A stretch of DNA of 64,000 bases from Antedon mediterranea (taxonomy: Eukaryota > Animalia > Echinodermata), in the NCBI RefSeq assembly GCF_964355755.1, contig NC_092670.1, positions 16,664,795-16,728,794 on the forward strand. The letters run 5' to 3'. Of the stretch, positions 1-13,900 are shown in pieces. A model generated the notes under the pieces. That model saw only the letters and a list, made by a program, of their open reading frames with translations. It was not told where the DNA came from and ran no database searches. How positions within the stretch are numbered: position 1 is the stretch's first letter; each line of letters begins with the position of its first letter. Both the position numbers and the translations under genes were made by a program.

Positions 1-912
1 TCAAAGGTTAGGCCTACAAAAATGGCCATCGAATGCTTTAATAAGGGCCTATGTCAGGTAAGCGTCGTACCTATCAGATTTCCTTCTTAGAGAAATCCTA
101 TATTGAGAAGTTTGAAAGTTTACACAATAGTCTATTGTAACATTAGAGGATAGACGTGACACCTCTTTATTCCGATTATTGTTCGCAGACTATTTAAATA
201 TACTTTGTATAACAGATATAACATTGTACCATGGACGTCTATGCTTGTACTAGGAATAAGTTTCGAATATTATGTAGTGTTGTGTTTCTTTAAAGTAGGG
301 TTTGTTGTTTATTTTGTCCTTGTTCAATCACGTTTTAGATCAACATTTATTACTCGCCATGGCAATCTAAATTTATCTCAGCATTGTCCACAGCATAATC
401 GAGGTTGATATAGGTCTTTAGGTCTTTTCAGGGGATTCACCAGAGACTGTATCTAGTTTTCCCCAGGTATAATAGGAAAATTGCGTGATAGTATCGTTTC
501 TCACATGTAGGTAGGGCCTATAGGCCATCTAACGCTTAATATAGCCTTACATACAGGCACCACTTTTACGGAATTTTTTCTCCGATAATGAGGATTGTGT
601 ATTATATTTATAGTTTAGAACAATGGTTTATGTATTAAGGTAACAGTACAGACAACCCTGATATCTTTAATTTAAGTGGAGGGGGGCCTATCTGTGTATA
701 TGGCAATGAATATATACAAGTGGTTATATATAGAGTGAAATTCACTGAATGGGCTATTTACGATTCGCCCCGTTGGTACTTATCAACGTTTTATTATCAA
801 TTGGGTTCAAATGCATACCAAGAATTAATTCATACATTAAATGGTATCATTATGGCACCGTAAATTACCTCATTAAACGATCGGGTCTGTCATTCACCAC
901 CTGTGGCCTAAG

Positions 913-1032
913 TGAGGCCGACAAATTGAGGTAGGCCCTACAAACAGCGCGTAAAAGGTGATGACAATTTTAGTATGTAGGAGGCCGACAAATTGAGGTA
1001 GGCCCTACAAACAGCGCGTAAAAGGTGATGAC
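913..1032. repeat. Direct repeat of about 52 bp
   Basis: gaggccgacaaattgaggtaggccctacaaacagcgcgtaaaaggtgatgac occurs twice. Confidence 0.9.
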
Positions 1033-3273
1033 TATTTTATTTGTAGTATGTATATCTGTATTTCTATGTGTCATGCCACTTTCTTTTTGTGACGTCACTA
1101 AAAATGGCGAGACTGGTAAATCACTCACGATAGATATAGAAGAAAATAAATACTTAAAATAAAAGGTGATAAATAAGTGTTTTTTTATGTTTAAAATTCA
1201 TAACGACCTGTACGAATATAACATTTTACTATTTAACCAAATTAAAGACTGGTAGACATTCTGTAATGTATTATGACTATATAGTCATACATAATAATTT
1301 ATATGATTTATACAATTCCAACGCAGAAAATATAGTGAAAAACTCAACATCAACTAAAATTATTATACTAGGTCAAGCTTACAAAATAAATAACAAAACT
1401 ATTTTGAAAAACTTGTCAAGTAGTAAAAACGTCAGTCGATTCAAATTTACAAGTTAATTTGCTGTCGTAGGGGATGTTGGGAGTTGTAAAGCACAATTTG
1501 TTTCATTTACTTTGGACCAATCGGATGCTCCCACGAGAAAGGTGAACGCAACAATACTACGTCATCATCGACAACTATCGAAATATGTGCATCTGCTAGT
1601 AATTGGTGGTCGAATTGTTTAGCTTCCAATGATCAGCTTCGGCTGGATCGTTCACCCTCGTAAAATATTAAATATAAATAAAAGTATTGAGAAAAAGTAT
1701 TGAGATGTGTGAAAGATGATAATGAAAAAACATGGACAAAAAAGATGAATTGAATCAGAGCAAATGTGTCATCTTATGATCTGGAGTTAGTTATGTGTAT
1801 ACGGATACCAATAAAATTAAATTTCAGTAGAACATTTGAAATTATTCCCTTCATCGGAAAAAACCAAATTATTTCGCTTATTTTATAAGAGAATTCTTTT
1901 TTAAAATGTTTAATTTAGTACTGTATTAAGTTAACCACGGACTATATTATAACAATAAAATTGTTTAACATAATTTTTAGAGGGGAAACTCTATCGTTAT
2001 AACAGAGATCCGCTGTATTGTCAAAATGATGTTCTATTTGTCTTTCTATACTGCTTTTATTACTGTACACTGCGAAGTATACACAATAATTGGATTGGAT
2101 CTAAGCTAATCAACGCACTACAAAATCCATAGATGTATTTTTTAATCAAACTCTTAATAGAAATTCCTTAATACTAAGAATAACACATTACTGATGCTGT
2201 ATTTATTGGAATGCACACACAATTAAGTTTAATCAAAACATATCGACTTTAATTTCATAGTCAATTTAATACATGCCAGTTTCTATATTTATACAAATTA
2301 TTTATTTAAATTTAACGAAAATTAACTTGTAATGTTAGCACTTATAAAATAGACTCATTGGCAATTATTTGAAAGCGAGTGTGGTTGGCATCGACTCGAC
2401 CAACCCTCTTTATACAATACCCGTTATAGGATACCCTAGTTTAAATACCATTACTAAAGGAAAATAATAAATACAGTAATACCATTATACCAAAACTGTG
2501 TATATAAAGCCAACATAATTTTACCGTCTTTGACGCGTAAGAAATTTGATGCGTACATTGATACCGACGCGTACTAAATACAGTAGTACGCGCGCGTCGA
2601 CTTTCTGTCTCTCCGGATGCAAGTAATGGCGGTCAATCAACAACAAAGGTTTGTTTTATCAACACTTGAACTCATAATGATACCATTTATTTACTTTCTG
2701 AAATATTTAGGTTAATAGCGTAAGAAACCATAATGTCCACACATATAGATAAAATAATGAATATCGTCGCCAATGAAAATGGATTAAAAAAACATCGTTT
2801 GTAATGCGTTCGCATATTAAAAAAAGTACAAAGTTGAACTTGGTTAGTAAATGAAAAACAAATAAATGAAATACATATCATTGAAATAAAATAATATCAA
2901 ACTTAAATTAATATTCACATTCAATTCATATTCGAACAAATATTATAATAATGTGATCGTATAATAATTATAAAGACACGAATTCAGAATCATAGTCATA
3001 ATTTAAAATGAAATATTTACAATAACTCTTGCAACACACAGGACTTAACACCACATTCATAAGCTGGGAACCATAAAAATATAAAATAAATAGAAAACAA
3101 AATAATAAAAATTCTTTGCAGGATGAAGAAGAAATAATCACAATAAAATTGAAATATAGTATAAATATTTACATCTATTTTATATAAAATATGTATTAAT
3201 TGTCAATGATTTAATCAACAATCCCCAAAATCATCAAACAGAGAATTCTAGGAGGTATGGGGTTTTTTTTTTG

Positions 3274-3745
3274 GGAGTGTGTAAATTATAATCTGGTGTT
3301 ATAGAAATAGTAAAACATCCCTGACATCATGCACATAGCTTTGTCAACAATATAGCTAGATTATTACAGTACACTTCACTAATTATGATGAAAAGGTTTC
3401 TGCACAACCATGAACCTATAATAACTACAAAACAATACTGGTTACTCTATTCATATGGACTGCTGTCTATACCTTCATTGACAGATCAAACAAATAAAAC
3501 CCTATGGAATGTGTTGTTCTTCTTTGTCAGGAGTGTGTAAATTGATACTGTAAAAAAAGGTAAAAACATCACTGATATTTTGCACGTAGCTCTGTCACAA
3601 TATAGCTAGATTATATAATAACTATTAACTGTTATTATCAATACAAAACAATACTGACTATTCTATTCAAATGGACTTCTGCCTATTGTAAGATGTTTTA
3701 TTGAAAGATCAAAAAAAAAACTAATGTAATCCTTGGACGGAGTGT
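3274..3745. repeat. Diverged tandem duplication of about 255 bp
   Basis: ggagtgtgtaaatt, atagctagatta and tacaaaacaatactg each occur twice in the same order. Confidence 0.7.
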
Positions 3746-4895
3746 ATTAAAATAATAGACCTACACAAATGGAAGTATATGTGTAATCCACAGTATTTTT
3801 TATTGTATTTAAGATATAGGTCAATGTAAACTGTGTAAGCCTACAATAAAAGAATAAAGATAAAATTGTAAGAAACAGATCAGAAAATATTTTGTGCGTA
3901 CTTTGTTTTTCCTTGACGAAATCAATGAAATGAAAATGAAGAACTTGTAAATAATTATATTAACAACATGGTACAGCAGGTAGTACCCTGTTTATAGTAA
4001 CAATACAGCATGATTCATAAGAATACTGTCATATTTTAGATGATAATTGAAACTATTTCAAGTTTTTCCTAAATATTAACATACTTTACTATTAATTTAT
4101 AACTATGTTAAACCCTGTCTAGATAATATTATGAAAATGGTATATGCTAAACTACTACTACTGTACTGTGGAATAAGTTATTGGAAATGGACGGACACAC
4201 AATACCAAATACTTTCTTAAGAGTGGACGGATTAAATAGAAGATTAGTTAGAAAAGAGAGAGAGCGAGCACTATTTACAAAAGGATTGAATATCAAGGTG
4301 ATGAAGTTTCAAAAGAGTTTTCAAAAGAGTAGTTAGCACTGTCTTTGTTAAATGTCATGGATGATAAAAGAACACCTACTAAGGTAGGCTACAGTATGTA
4401 TTTCTCTGTCAGGCATATGGTTCTCAGTTATTTTAGGTTAAAAGAACACGTCCATCTCTGCCAAATACTTTTATTAAGTTAATAAAAATTAAACATTTGT
4501 TTGTTTTCATGATTTTAAATAAATGTAAAAAAAATCCCTTCAAAAAGACAAACACTTTCATGTTGACAAAAAAATACCAGAATATCGGATATTAGATAAT
4601 TGATTAGACCAAATGCCCCAGCCATGTCAAGTAAAGCACGTTTAATCTATGATGGATGGGCCGGAAGTGATAAAGTTATAGTGACTCTTAATATTTAACT
4701 TGGGCTAATACTCTATTGCATTTCACATTCTCTCTCTTAAGCACATTGTTATATTATTTATACAGGAACAATTTTGGGGAGTGTGATAAAAACATAATGG
4801 GAACATTTTAATGTTTATTTTCATGGACCATACACATGAGTGATTATGTTTCAAGTGATACATTCATAAGGAATCACAATTTTTCAGGTCAAAGT

Positions 4896-4934
4896 TCATT
4901 GGTGTTTTCCACTGCTGTTATCAATGTGAGCTTT
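4896..4934 (-). CDS. GRID2IP: Delphilin-like last coding exon
   Basis: cag|KAHIDNSSGKHQ*; no DAD tail after FH2, as expected for delphilin. Confidence 0.82.
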   Translation of the reverse strand, partial: KAHIDNSSGKHQ

Positions 4935-7900
4935 CTGTAAGAAAAAGTAAAATAAGACATTTTTAATAAATCAAAAGAACAATCGTTATGTGCATATTTT
5001 TTGAATTTTTGGTATATTTAATCTTTATTTTACTTTAAATGAAATAGAAAACAAAACTCACAGCAAATTTTGTGGTAAATGATGCGAAAATACCAAAGAA
5101 TTGGTCCGTGTCTGTTGCACTGGGATCTTCTCCAAAGTACTGAGATGTTTTATGGAACTCCTCCGATGCTTTGTTAAATGTAGCAGAGAGTTGCTTCAGG
5201 GTGTCAGAGGCTTCACTGCTAAATTGCTGTATTATTATTAAGGATTATATTAAACTATACTTATACAAATTATTTCAGCTGAAAAGTATATTTACAATAC
5301 TGTACAAATAAACACTAGTAAAGTATAAAGCCCTGTCTACACTATCAAACTATCAAAAAAAGTGTGATGTGCACAAATGGTATTGACATGCCCAACTTTG
5401 GTAGTGATATGACATATATGGGCACATGTTTTTGTCACATAAAAGTTGATAGTGTAGACAGAGCTTTAGGTCTTCATTTCCTTCAAAAATGAAATGAAAG
5501 TAGAATGTAGGAAGTCAGTTGTAGCCTAAAAGGTCCAGATATCCACAGCTGTACTTTATATCTTTCTTGGAAACACATGGTGCACTGCAACCTTACTTTT
5601 ATTTTCACGCCATCCAACTGAAAATACACTACGTGACAGTTACAGGATGGGAGCCCTTGATTTTGAACTTAAGTCTCACTTGAGGTTTAGTGGTGGCATC
5701 AGAAAAATCCTGGAACTATATTGGGATTTAAACCACAGACCTTTGGATTGGAAAACAGGCACGTCAACCACCAAGTCAATGCCAGTACAAGTTATTTATT
5801 ATCAATTTGTATATGCAGTAATAATAGTAATAAATCATAGACATTCTCAAAGTGATAAAGCAAAAAAATACAACACAAGAAGACAAAAAAAAAGCGCAAT
5901 TGTCCCCAAACTTTTTCCAGGCGACATATAGTACATTTTTTTAAATAACAGCAATTCAATAAAGGAGACAAATAAGGAAAACATAAATAAGACCAGATGG
6001 TAATGTCACAAAATATATAAGTGACAAAACAGTCGTATCTATTCAAAAGTAGTTGATGTAATAAATCTTTGCACGCATATCTAACAAAGTATCTAAGATA
6101 GTGAATGTTCTATTTACATGGTCTACCAAAGGTTACCGTCCCATATGGGATAAATTCGCATTTTAAAACAGGTGTTTAAACACCTCAAATTCTATGTTTG
6201 AGGTTGGGTTATCCAAATATGTATTTAACATTTTTTTCATTGTATAAACAATCAATCAAAAAGTAAACATACGTGAGTAAACTTCAAATTGAAAAGACTG
6301 TTTGTATTATGTACACATTATATTTGAAAAAAGGGCTATAAAATTATTACAATATCTATAAATTGTGATAATATTATAGCTATAATGATGATAATCATAC
6401 ATCATAATGATAATAGCATGCTAATAATGCTGAAAATAATACATCAATATAGATATTTTTAAAAAAATCTAAATCGATAGATTATGATCAAATTTTTTAG
6501 AATATGTAGTTTGTATAACATCAGCATAAATTGTATCTAGCATTTTAAAAATAGAACCTTGTTGGAACTGAATGCACTCCTCCCATTGACCAATAAAGTA
6601 AAGTTATTTTTCGACAGGCTATTAATATAATATGTTAGCGCCTCTTCATTAAAAAATCCCGGATTTGCCCCAATTGCGTCCCACACCTTTCAGGATAATT
6701 AATATATCCTCACTAAGAATAAATATGTCTCTTTTTTAATTGTTAATTTATTATGATAGTAGTGAAAGGATACGCTCATCACTTCTTTGAATTTATCTTG
6801 AGAATTGCTGTCATCCACCGAATCGTCCAAATTCTCAGAAATCTCCTGAAGGGACAATAATAACACATATAAGGCACTATTACAAAATGAGTACCTCATG
6901 AGAATAATGGAATCAATAATGACGGTGTATAAAGTATACCAACAGTTAAACAAATGTTATCAAAACTATCAAAGATTAAACATTTGGAGAGCCCTTAGGG
7001 GCTAGTTACATATTTAATGTTATAATAGTGCTCTTCAAAGTTTATGTTCTTTGAATATTATTATTATTATTGGAGTTTTCAGTCTGTGACTTCCTAGGAA
7101 CTAGGTTTACTTCATGTATTGTCCCCCTGAAATGTTTGTTGTTGATGAATATGCTATTTTAATGTTACATAATAGTTATCCACTTTGAACAAAAATTGAA
7201 TCGAAAAAAATGTAATTTAAAGCACAAAATAGTCAAATTGGCTGGCAGCCAATGGGTTTTTGGTTGAATTTGTCATTTTATATGAGAAAACATTATTTTT
7301 TTTAACGAATAGATTAAATTTATTAAAACTACAAAATAACCTACTTAAAGTCTGATTTAATTAATCTTTATTTTTCATGTTTTTGGGGGACAATACATCT
7401 TTAATTTATTGTGCGCATACGGGGAAGTTGGGATGTGCTTCCTCACTCAATTGCTCTGTGCAGTTTGGTGGATTGTAGATTCATATGAAAACCGATACAA
7501 TATGAGTAGATCTTATAGTTACCCTTTTCACATTTGCATAAATTGTTACAACTTATCTGTGTGCTTTTCTCCTTTGGTCCCTTGTGAAATCCCGGGGAGA
7601 TATTTCACAAAATTGTCTTCACATTATGCAAACCAGGTGTGAAAAGGGTATTAGGTCATAATCGTAAACTGTCTAGTATCACATCCTGAAATGACTTTAC
7701 AGTATTATCAATTTAAAACCAGAAGTAAAAAATACATTTTGTTTTTTACCTGTAATTTAGTTTTTATCTCATTAAGTTCATCTCCTAAATTTGTCAAACT
7801 TATTTTAGCTGCTTTTGGCGTGTGCGGAATCTCTTCTCCAAAAGTTACCATTCGTGGTACGTTAGTTTCTACTGCTTTTGCGAGAATGTGTAAAAATGTT

Positions 7901-10900
7901 GATTTGTTATCGCTTGTTTTTGTCGTATCAAGCTGTAAAATTAAAGAAATATCAAAGGTTAATAACAAATTATAATCTGTTAAAAACACTGCTCTTTCTT
8001 GGAACTCTAGACCAATAAAATACTATACATCTTAATACAAAGTATAAATAGCTTTCTGTAATGTCAATATAATACTGTAAATGCGATAATTAACTAAACA
8101 ACAGCTATGAGCGCTCACTGGCTAAACTCAGGGGCCCCTGAGCAGTGCCCAGTGGGAAAAAAAAACAGACATTAAAACATGTAGAAAAAGGTTAAAAACA
8201 CTTGAGGCCTCTAGAGTTGAAGGGCCACTTAGGGCTCCTAAACCAGGGGCCTCAGGCTTTTGCGTTATGCAACTAAAAGTACACATAGCCTTTGGTTTTA
8301 TCAGTAGAATGAAGATTGAGTTGTACAAGGTTTTCATGTTAAATAACTTGGTTAAATAACTGTATTTGATGTATAACAACGCTGACCTTGCCCTTAATAT
8401 CCACTAATGTACTTCACAGGTTCTTAATAACTACTGCCTACCTTCGCAGATCCTTAACCCTGCTCTATTATTCTATTTTCATGTTTATCTTTGACCTTGG
8501 TATTACCAAGTACTAATGTACATTGCAGCTTCTAAATAATTTATTCAAGTATCCTCACAGACCTGAATTCTAGACTGTTTTATTTTTATCTTTATCGCCA
8601 TCTTGTATGTGCTAAGTTTCTCACTATTAGGTGCAAAATTCTATCTATAATTAAATCTAGTAGGTACTTATTTTGCCTATAGCAGGATTTGAGTACCAAA
8701 GTCAAGGATTTTGAGAAAGTGCAAGTAATTATTAGCAAAAACAAAAGGTTCTTGTACATGCAAATTTAACAGCATATATCATGAAGATTTTGTGTGGGTG
8801 TTGAAGCAAATTGCTTAAAAAGGTGATTTACCTCGGATAAAAACTTTATACGGAATCCTGTTGCTCCAGCAACTCGTTGGTTGCCCTGATTCATGTAGTT
8901 GCCCATAGCAAGCGTTAACTGAAGTAAATGAAAATTCAATTCAAATAACAATAACAAATGAATTTCATTAAAACAATAATGTATATAAGTTATTTCATAT
9001 TTTCATCACATAATACTATTGGGTATATTACCTCTAAAACTTTGGCTAGTTTTCGACTTGATCTCAGCTCGTTGGATGCGGTAAGGATGAGCTGTAAACA
9101 ATCACGAAGCTCATCCGTTCTCTCAGCAAAATTTGCTTTAAAAAGCATACCATCTAACCGATTTTCAATGCCACCAATACGACTCATCTAAAATGGAAAA
9201 TTATAAATCATCTCAGTATCAGTAATGTATGAAAGTACCAATACCACAGCACCATACTTGTTTTTTTTTTTTAGTTTTCCACAAATAATACATATATTTT
9301 CTTTTAAAAATTCTTAAATATTTCTAAATGTGGATGGTGGCCACAATAAGTCTAGACATACTCTAGTAACAGTTCTTAATACACAGTATGAAACATTATC
9401 AGAGTACTGCAGTAACTGTACTGCAGTAATGGATTATCTTCAAATTCATACCTCAAGTGCAAACTTATCAGGTGTGCTGAGTAAGGACATCTTCCCAATA
9501 TATCCTTTAAGTTGATTTATCTATAAAAAAATAATCAAATATCATACTATAAAACAATAAACAAACAAAAATAGAAAATCAACTGTTTATTGTTGTTTAT
9601 TTTCCATAAACACATTCATATGTAGTAAAGAATATAATTAATATAATATCAGTTGCCAATTGGTGCAGCTGGTTTTACACACCCTTCTTGCTTGTTATAT
9701 ATATTTCTTGTGTCCTAAAAGATACTGTGTTTCTCACAGTTATATAAAAGGGAAATTGGAGCCTTTGGAAGATTCACTTAATAAGGCCTATACATCCCAC
9801 TCTCTCAGTCAGCTAAAAGTTTCAGACATACAAACCTCTGATTCATCAGGAGCATACAGTTTCATTTGTTGCAAATGAGCAACTGAGAACTTGCTGGTAT
9901 CTGTGGCAATAAGTGCTTGTTTGATATCATTTACAGGCATTCGGAGATGACCAAGCAAGATGGCTGAAAAGAAACAATTGACTTATTAACGGTGGTGCTA
10001 CCACTTTTTGCATATAACTTTATGTACTAGTTGAAAGCTGCAGCTGGTACTGTGTTAGAAGCTCTCATTTGGAAAACCCCTATTTATGGAATACCTCTAT
10101 TAAGGGGACACTTTGTTGGGTCCAGAATGTGTCCACCAATTTGGTTCTACTGACTTATTAATGGTAGTGCTACCACTTTTGATGCATCATTTTCCTATAC
10201 ATATCACTTTATGTACTATTTAGGAGCTGCAGCTCTTTGTACTGTAGTAAAATCTTATAGTAAAGCCCTATCCATGGGACACCTCTATTAAGTGGACACT
10301 TTGTTGGGTCAAGAATGTGTCCCCCAATTTGGTTCTACTGTAACAGACTTATTAATGGTAGTGCTACCACTTTTACTGCATAATTTTCCTATACATATCA
10401 CTTTATGTACTATTTAGGAGCTGCAGCTCTTGGTACTGGAGTAAAATCTCATCTTAGTAAACCCCTATCCATGGGACACCTCTATTAAGGGGACACTTTG
10501 TTGGGTCCCAAATATGTCCCCCAATTAGGTTCTACTGTAACAGAAATCCAAACTAACCTAAGTTATGAGCTTTCTTGTGATTGATAACTGTTTCCACTTT
10601 ACTTCCTGTCCTCCTTGGAGCTGCTAATGTGGAAATTAACAGATAGTATGTAGTTAATCACAATTACGATGTAATTACAAAAAAACAACAATAATAACCA
10701 TACTATAATTATTTCACATACATAAAAGCCTAATAATGATGATTTTCAGCCACTTATAATTATACCAAGAAGCAATGTTTGTGAATAATGTATTTTGATG
10801 CATTATATAATTACAGAAATGAATGACAAACACATTAAATGAATATAATTTTAAATAAGAAAGGTTTTTACGTGATGACAATAATATTACAAAGATACTC

Positions 10901-13900
10901 GACTACAAATGACCAGTGGTTAAATTGGTGGTATGAAGTACGTATGACATTTATGGAAAATACTGACCATGAACTAAGAGAACTTATCTGTAGGCCTAAG
11001 TGGAAACACTGATGGAGAAAGGAGGTAATCTTTGACCCCAACCATATAATTTAAGCCACCCTGTTGTATAAGATTATAACCAGTGATGTTGCAGAATGAG
11101 CCTTTTAGTCCCTGGGTACAAGCTTTGCTACAATTGTAGGGGAATGTGGCCCTCTATAAAGCAAACGCTCCCACTGGAGTGAATACTACTATAATAATAC
11201 ACAAGCATATAGATGAAATGATTGCAAAACATTAATTAATGACAATAAAATATTTGTTTTTCTCTTATTTATTACTGGCCACCCACATTGAATACAAATT
11301 TGCATTAGGAATCTGGGGACAAAAAAGGAATCCATAGCTTGGTAGTTAAGATGCTTGCTAAGCTTGTTTCCCAAGGACGTAAGCGCACCGCAAGTAAATT
11401 GACCAATCACAAGCAATGGATTATTGAAACTGTCACTTTTCATTGGTCAACTCATCTGCACTGCACTTATATCTTGTATCCTAGTGGGACCAAATCCAAT
11501 ATATTTCATGGGCAATAATAGTTATTATATTAAATTATAACTAAATTAGAACGTGTTGGTTTATTTTGTCTCATGTTTTGGATGGATTTGTTGAAATGCT
11601 TGTGGGTTTATAGACATTAGTACGTACTATTAACAACTATACAAAGATTCCAGCACCCACAATTAAAAAATGTACAAGTGGTGAAAAAAAATGAAATTTA
11701 GATGAAATATATAAAGACAATGTGCAAGAAATTACAGATAAGTCACTTACATTTATCAGATGGTTTAACTGAAGGGAAATAGTGAAAATAAAATGGGTGT
11801 TCAATAAATTTATAAAGTTCATGCAACATTATTTAATAACATACAAGTGTCGCCAGAGGTGGGTCATGGTATGCAAATAATCTTTTTTTTTTCTCAACTG
11901 AAAAATTTGTTGCGTGATTGTACACAATGAAGTCTGTACCAAGTAAGATGCTGTACTGCAACTGACACAGATTAAATTTGACAATTTTTACCACCTTATC
12001 AAACTTTCTGGCGACTCCCATAATATACAATCCATGCAATGAATTAAACATCTGTATGTTGACACATGAGGAATTAGCTTACAGACGCAAGACCAAGCTG
12101 TTTGGAGAATTTTTGCATCCATTTTTTGAGCAAAGATCTCTTGTAATCAACTTTACTAAAATCACAATATATTACTAATCAATTAGAATACTATTTAAAT
12201 AACAAACAATTGTAATGAAGAAATATAGTTTTAATGATTATTTAAAAAATGTTAGTAAGTAAACAAATAAAGATAGACATTACACAACAACACAGTAATT
12301 TACTATAATTTAAACTGACAATAAATATAGCATTTACTTCGATGAACAATAAATATTTTTAAAAAACATTAAAATTAATTAATAAGTCAACTCTATTCTA
12401 AATCAGACACCATGTTTCCAGATTTATCAAACTTGCTTAGTCAATGATAATGATAGTATAAAACTTAAAAATAAAAATGAATAATAAGATGAAAGTCAAA
12501 GATTTATACATTTTTCTTTCTTGAATCTTATATGATTATTCCATAAAATCAAACTTTATGTGGGCATATCACCACCATATTTGGGCACATTTACACTTTT
12601 TTTGTCAAACTAGTTTGATTGTGTAAAAGAACGTATTTGATTAATAAAGCTTCAGATTTTCACTAAGCACTTCACATCCAGCCCTGTATTCAAATACGTA
12701 ACTTTAGTAGTTTACAATTGAGAATTTGTATGTGTCGGTTTTAATAGAGTTGACTATTATTTTTACATAGGTTACAATGAGCTTTATTTATTTACCTCTT
12801 GCTTTGCTGATGGTGCTAAATTTCTCATCTAATTCTAAATGTTTGATGACATCTTTCAAATATGATTCATCTTCCCCTTCTCTCATCTGAAAGAAAATGG
12901 TTATGGTTTGATTTCAACCTTACTTGGGAAAAAAATCATCTAAACTGTTTTAAGTAAATAATTTTGCTTAAAGATGTATTGTCCCTTGAAACACAAAAAA
13001 ATGAAGGTCAAAATATTCTAAATTTAAAGTGGCCATATCAAAGTAATATTAAAGTTATTCACTTTAAGTCGAAAATTTGAGCCAAAAACAACAAGTTTAC
13101 GTAATTAACAGGTAAATTAGTTTGATTACATTTCATCTGGAAAATCGTCACGAGCGAAAGTAAACAAAGATTTCAAACCATGAGTACGCATTATGCATAT
13201 GCTAAATTAGGATTGTTTACAACTCGTCATGGTTAAGAAGGTATTTTCACACAGATCATGAGGAAGTTTTTTGATTATGCATACAGAGTAGCCAAACAAG
13301 CGCGTTTCATTATGGGATATGTTTCGATTGAAAACTTTGACTGGAAGTCAAAGTTATTTTTTTAACAAAAAAGTCTGTATTTCAGTTAAATTTTTGTTTT
13401 CCCGAAAAATTTTTGGTGATAGTTAATAACTATTATGATACTTCAAAATGACCCACCTTTTTTCGAAATCTATTATTTTTCATTTTTTTGGAATTAGTCA
13501 AAGGGACAATACATCTTTAAGTAATCTATTCTATAACTCAATTCTTATATCTTTTTTTTCTTAAATCTTTTGTTCATTAAATAAAATTAAAGCAAAAAGA
13601 AAAAGAAGTTTTCAGAATAAAATACAAGAATTTATTTAACTGAACCATTACTTTACCTGACTCCAAACTGTGTTTTCTGTATGGTTCAGTTTTTCCCAAT
13701 TCATACGTTTTACAGACATACCAGGTACTGTAAGTGTCGAAACACCATTTGTAATAGTTGGGGGAGGAGGAGGGGGAACTGGTGGGGGTGGCGGAATGAA
13801 GGGTGGTGGTGGTGGTACAGGTATCGGAGCTTTCACAGGAGCTTTCACTGGAGCTTTTTTCCGAACGTATACATCATCATCATCCTGATTATTGTTAAAT

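Noticed and set aside
205-2881. Short ORFs at the left end
   Set aside because: They are low-complexity AT-rich translations without domain motifs or splice support.
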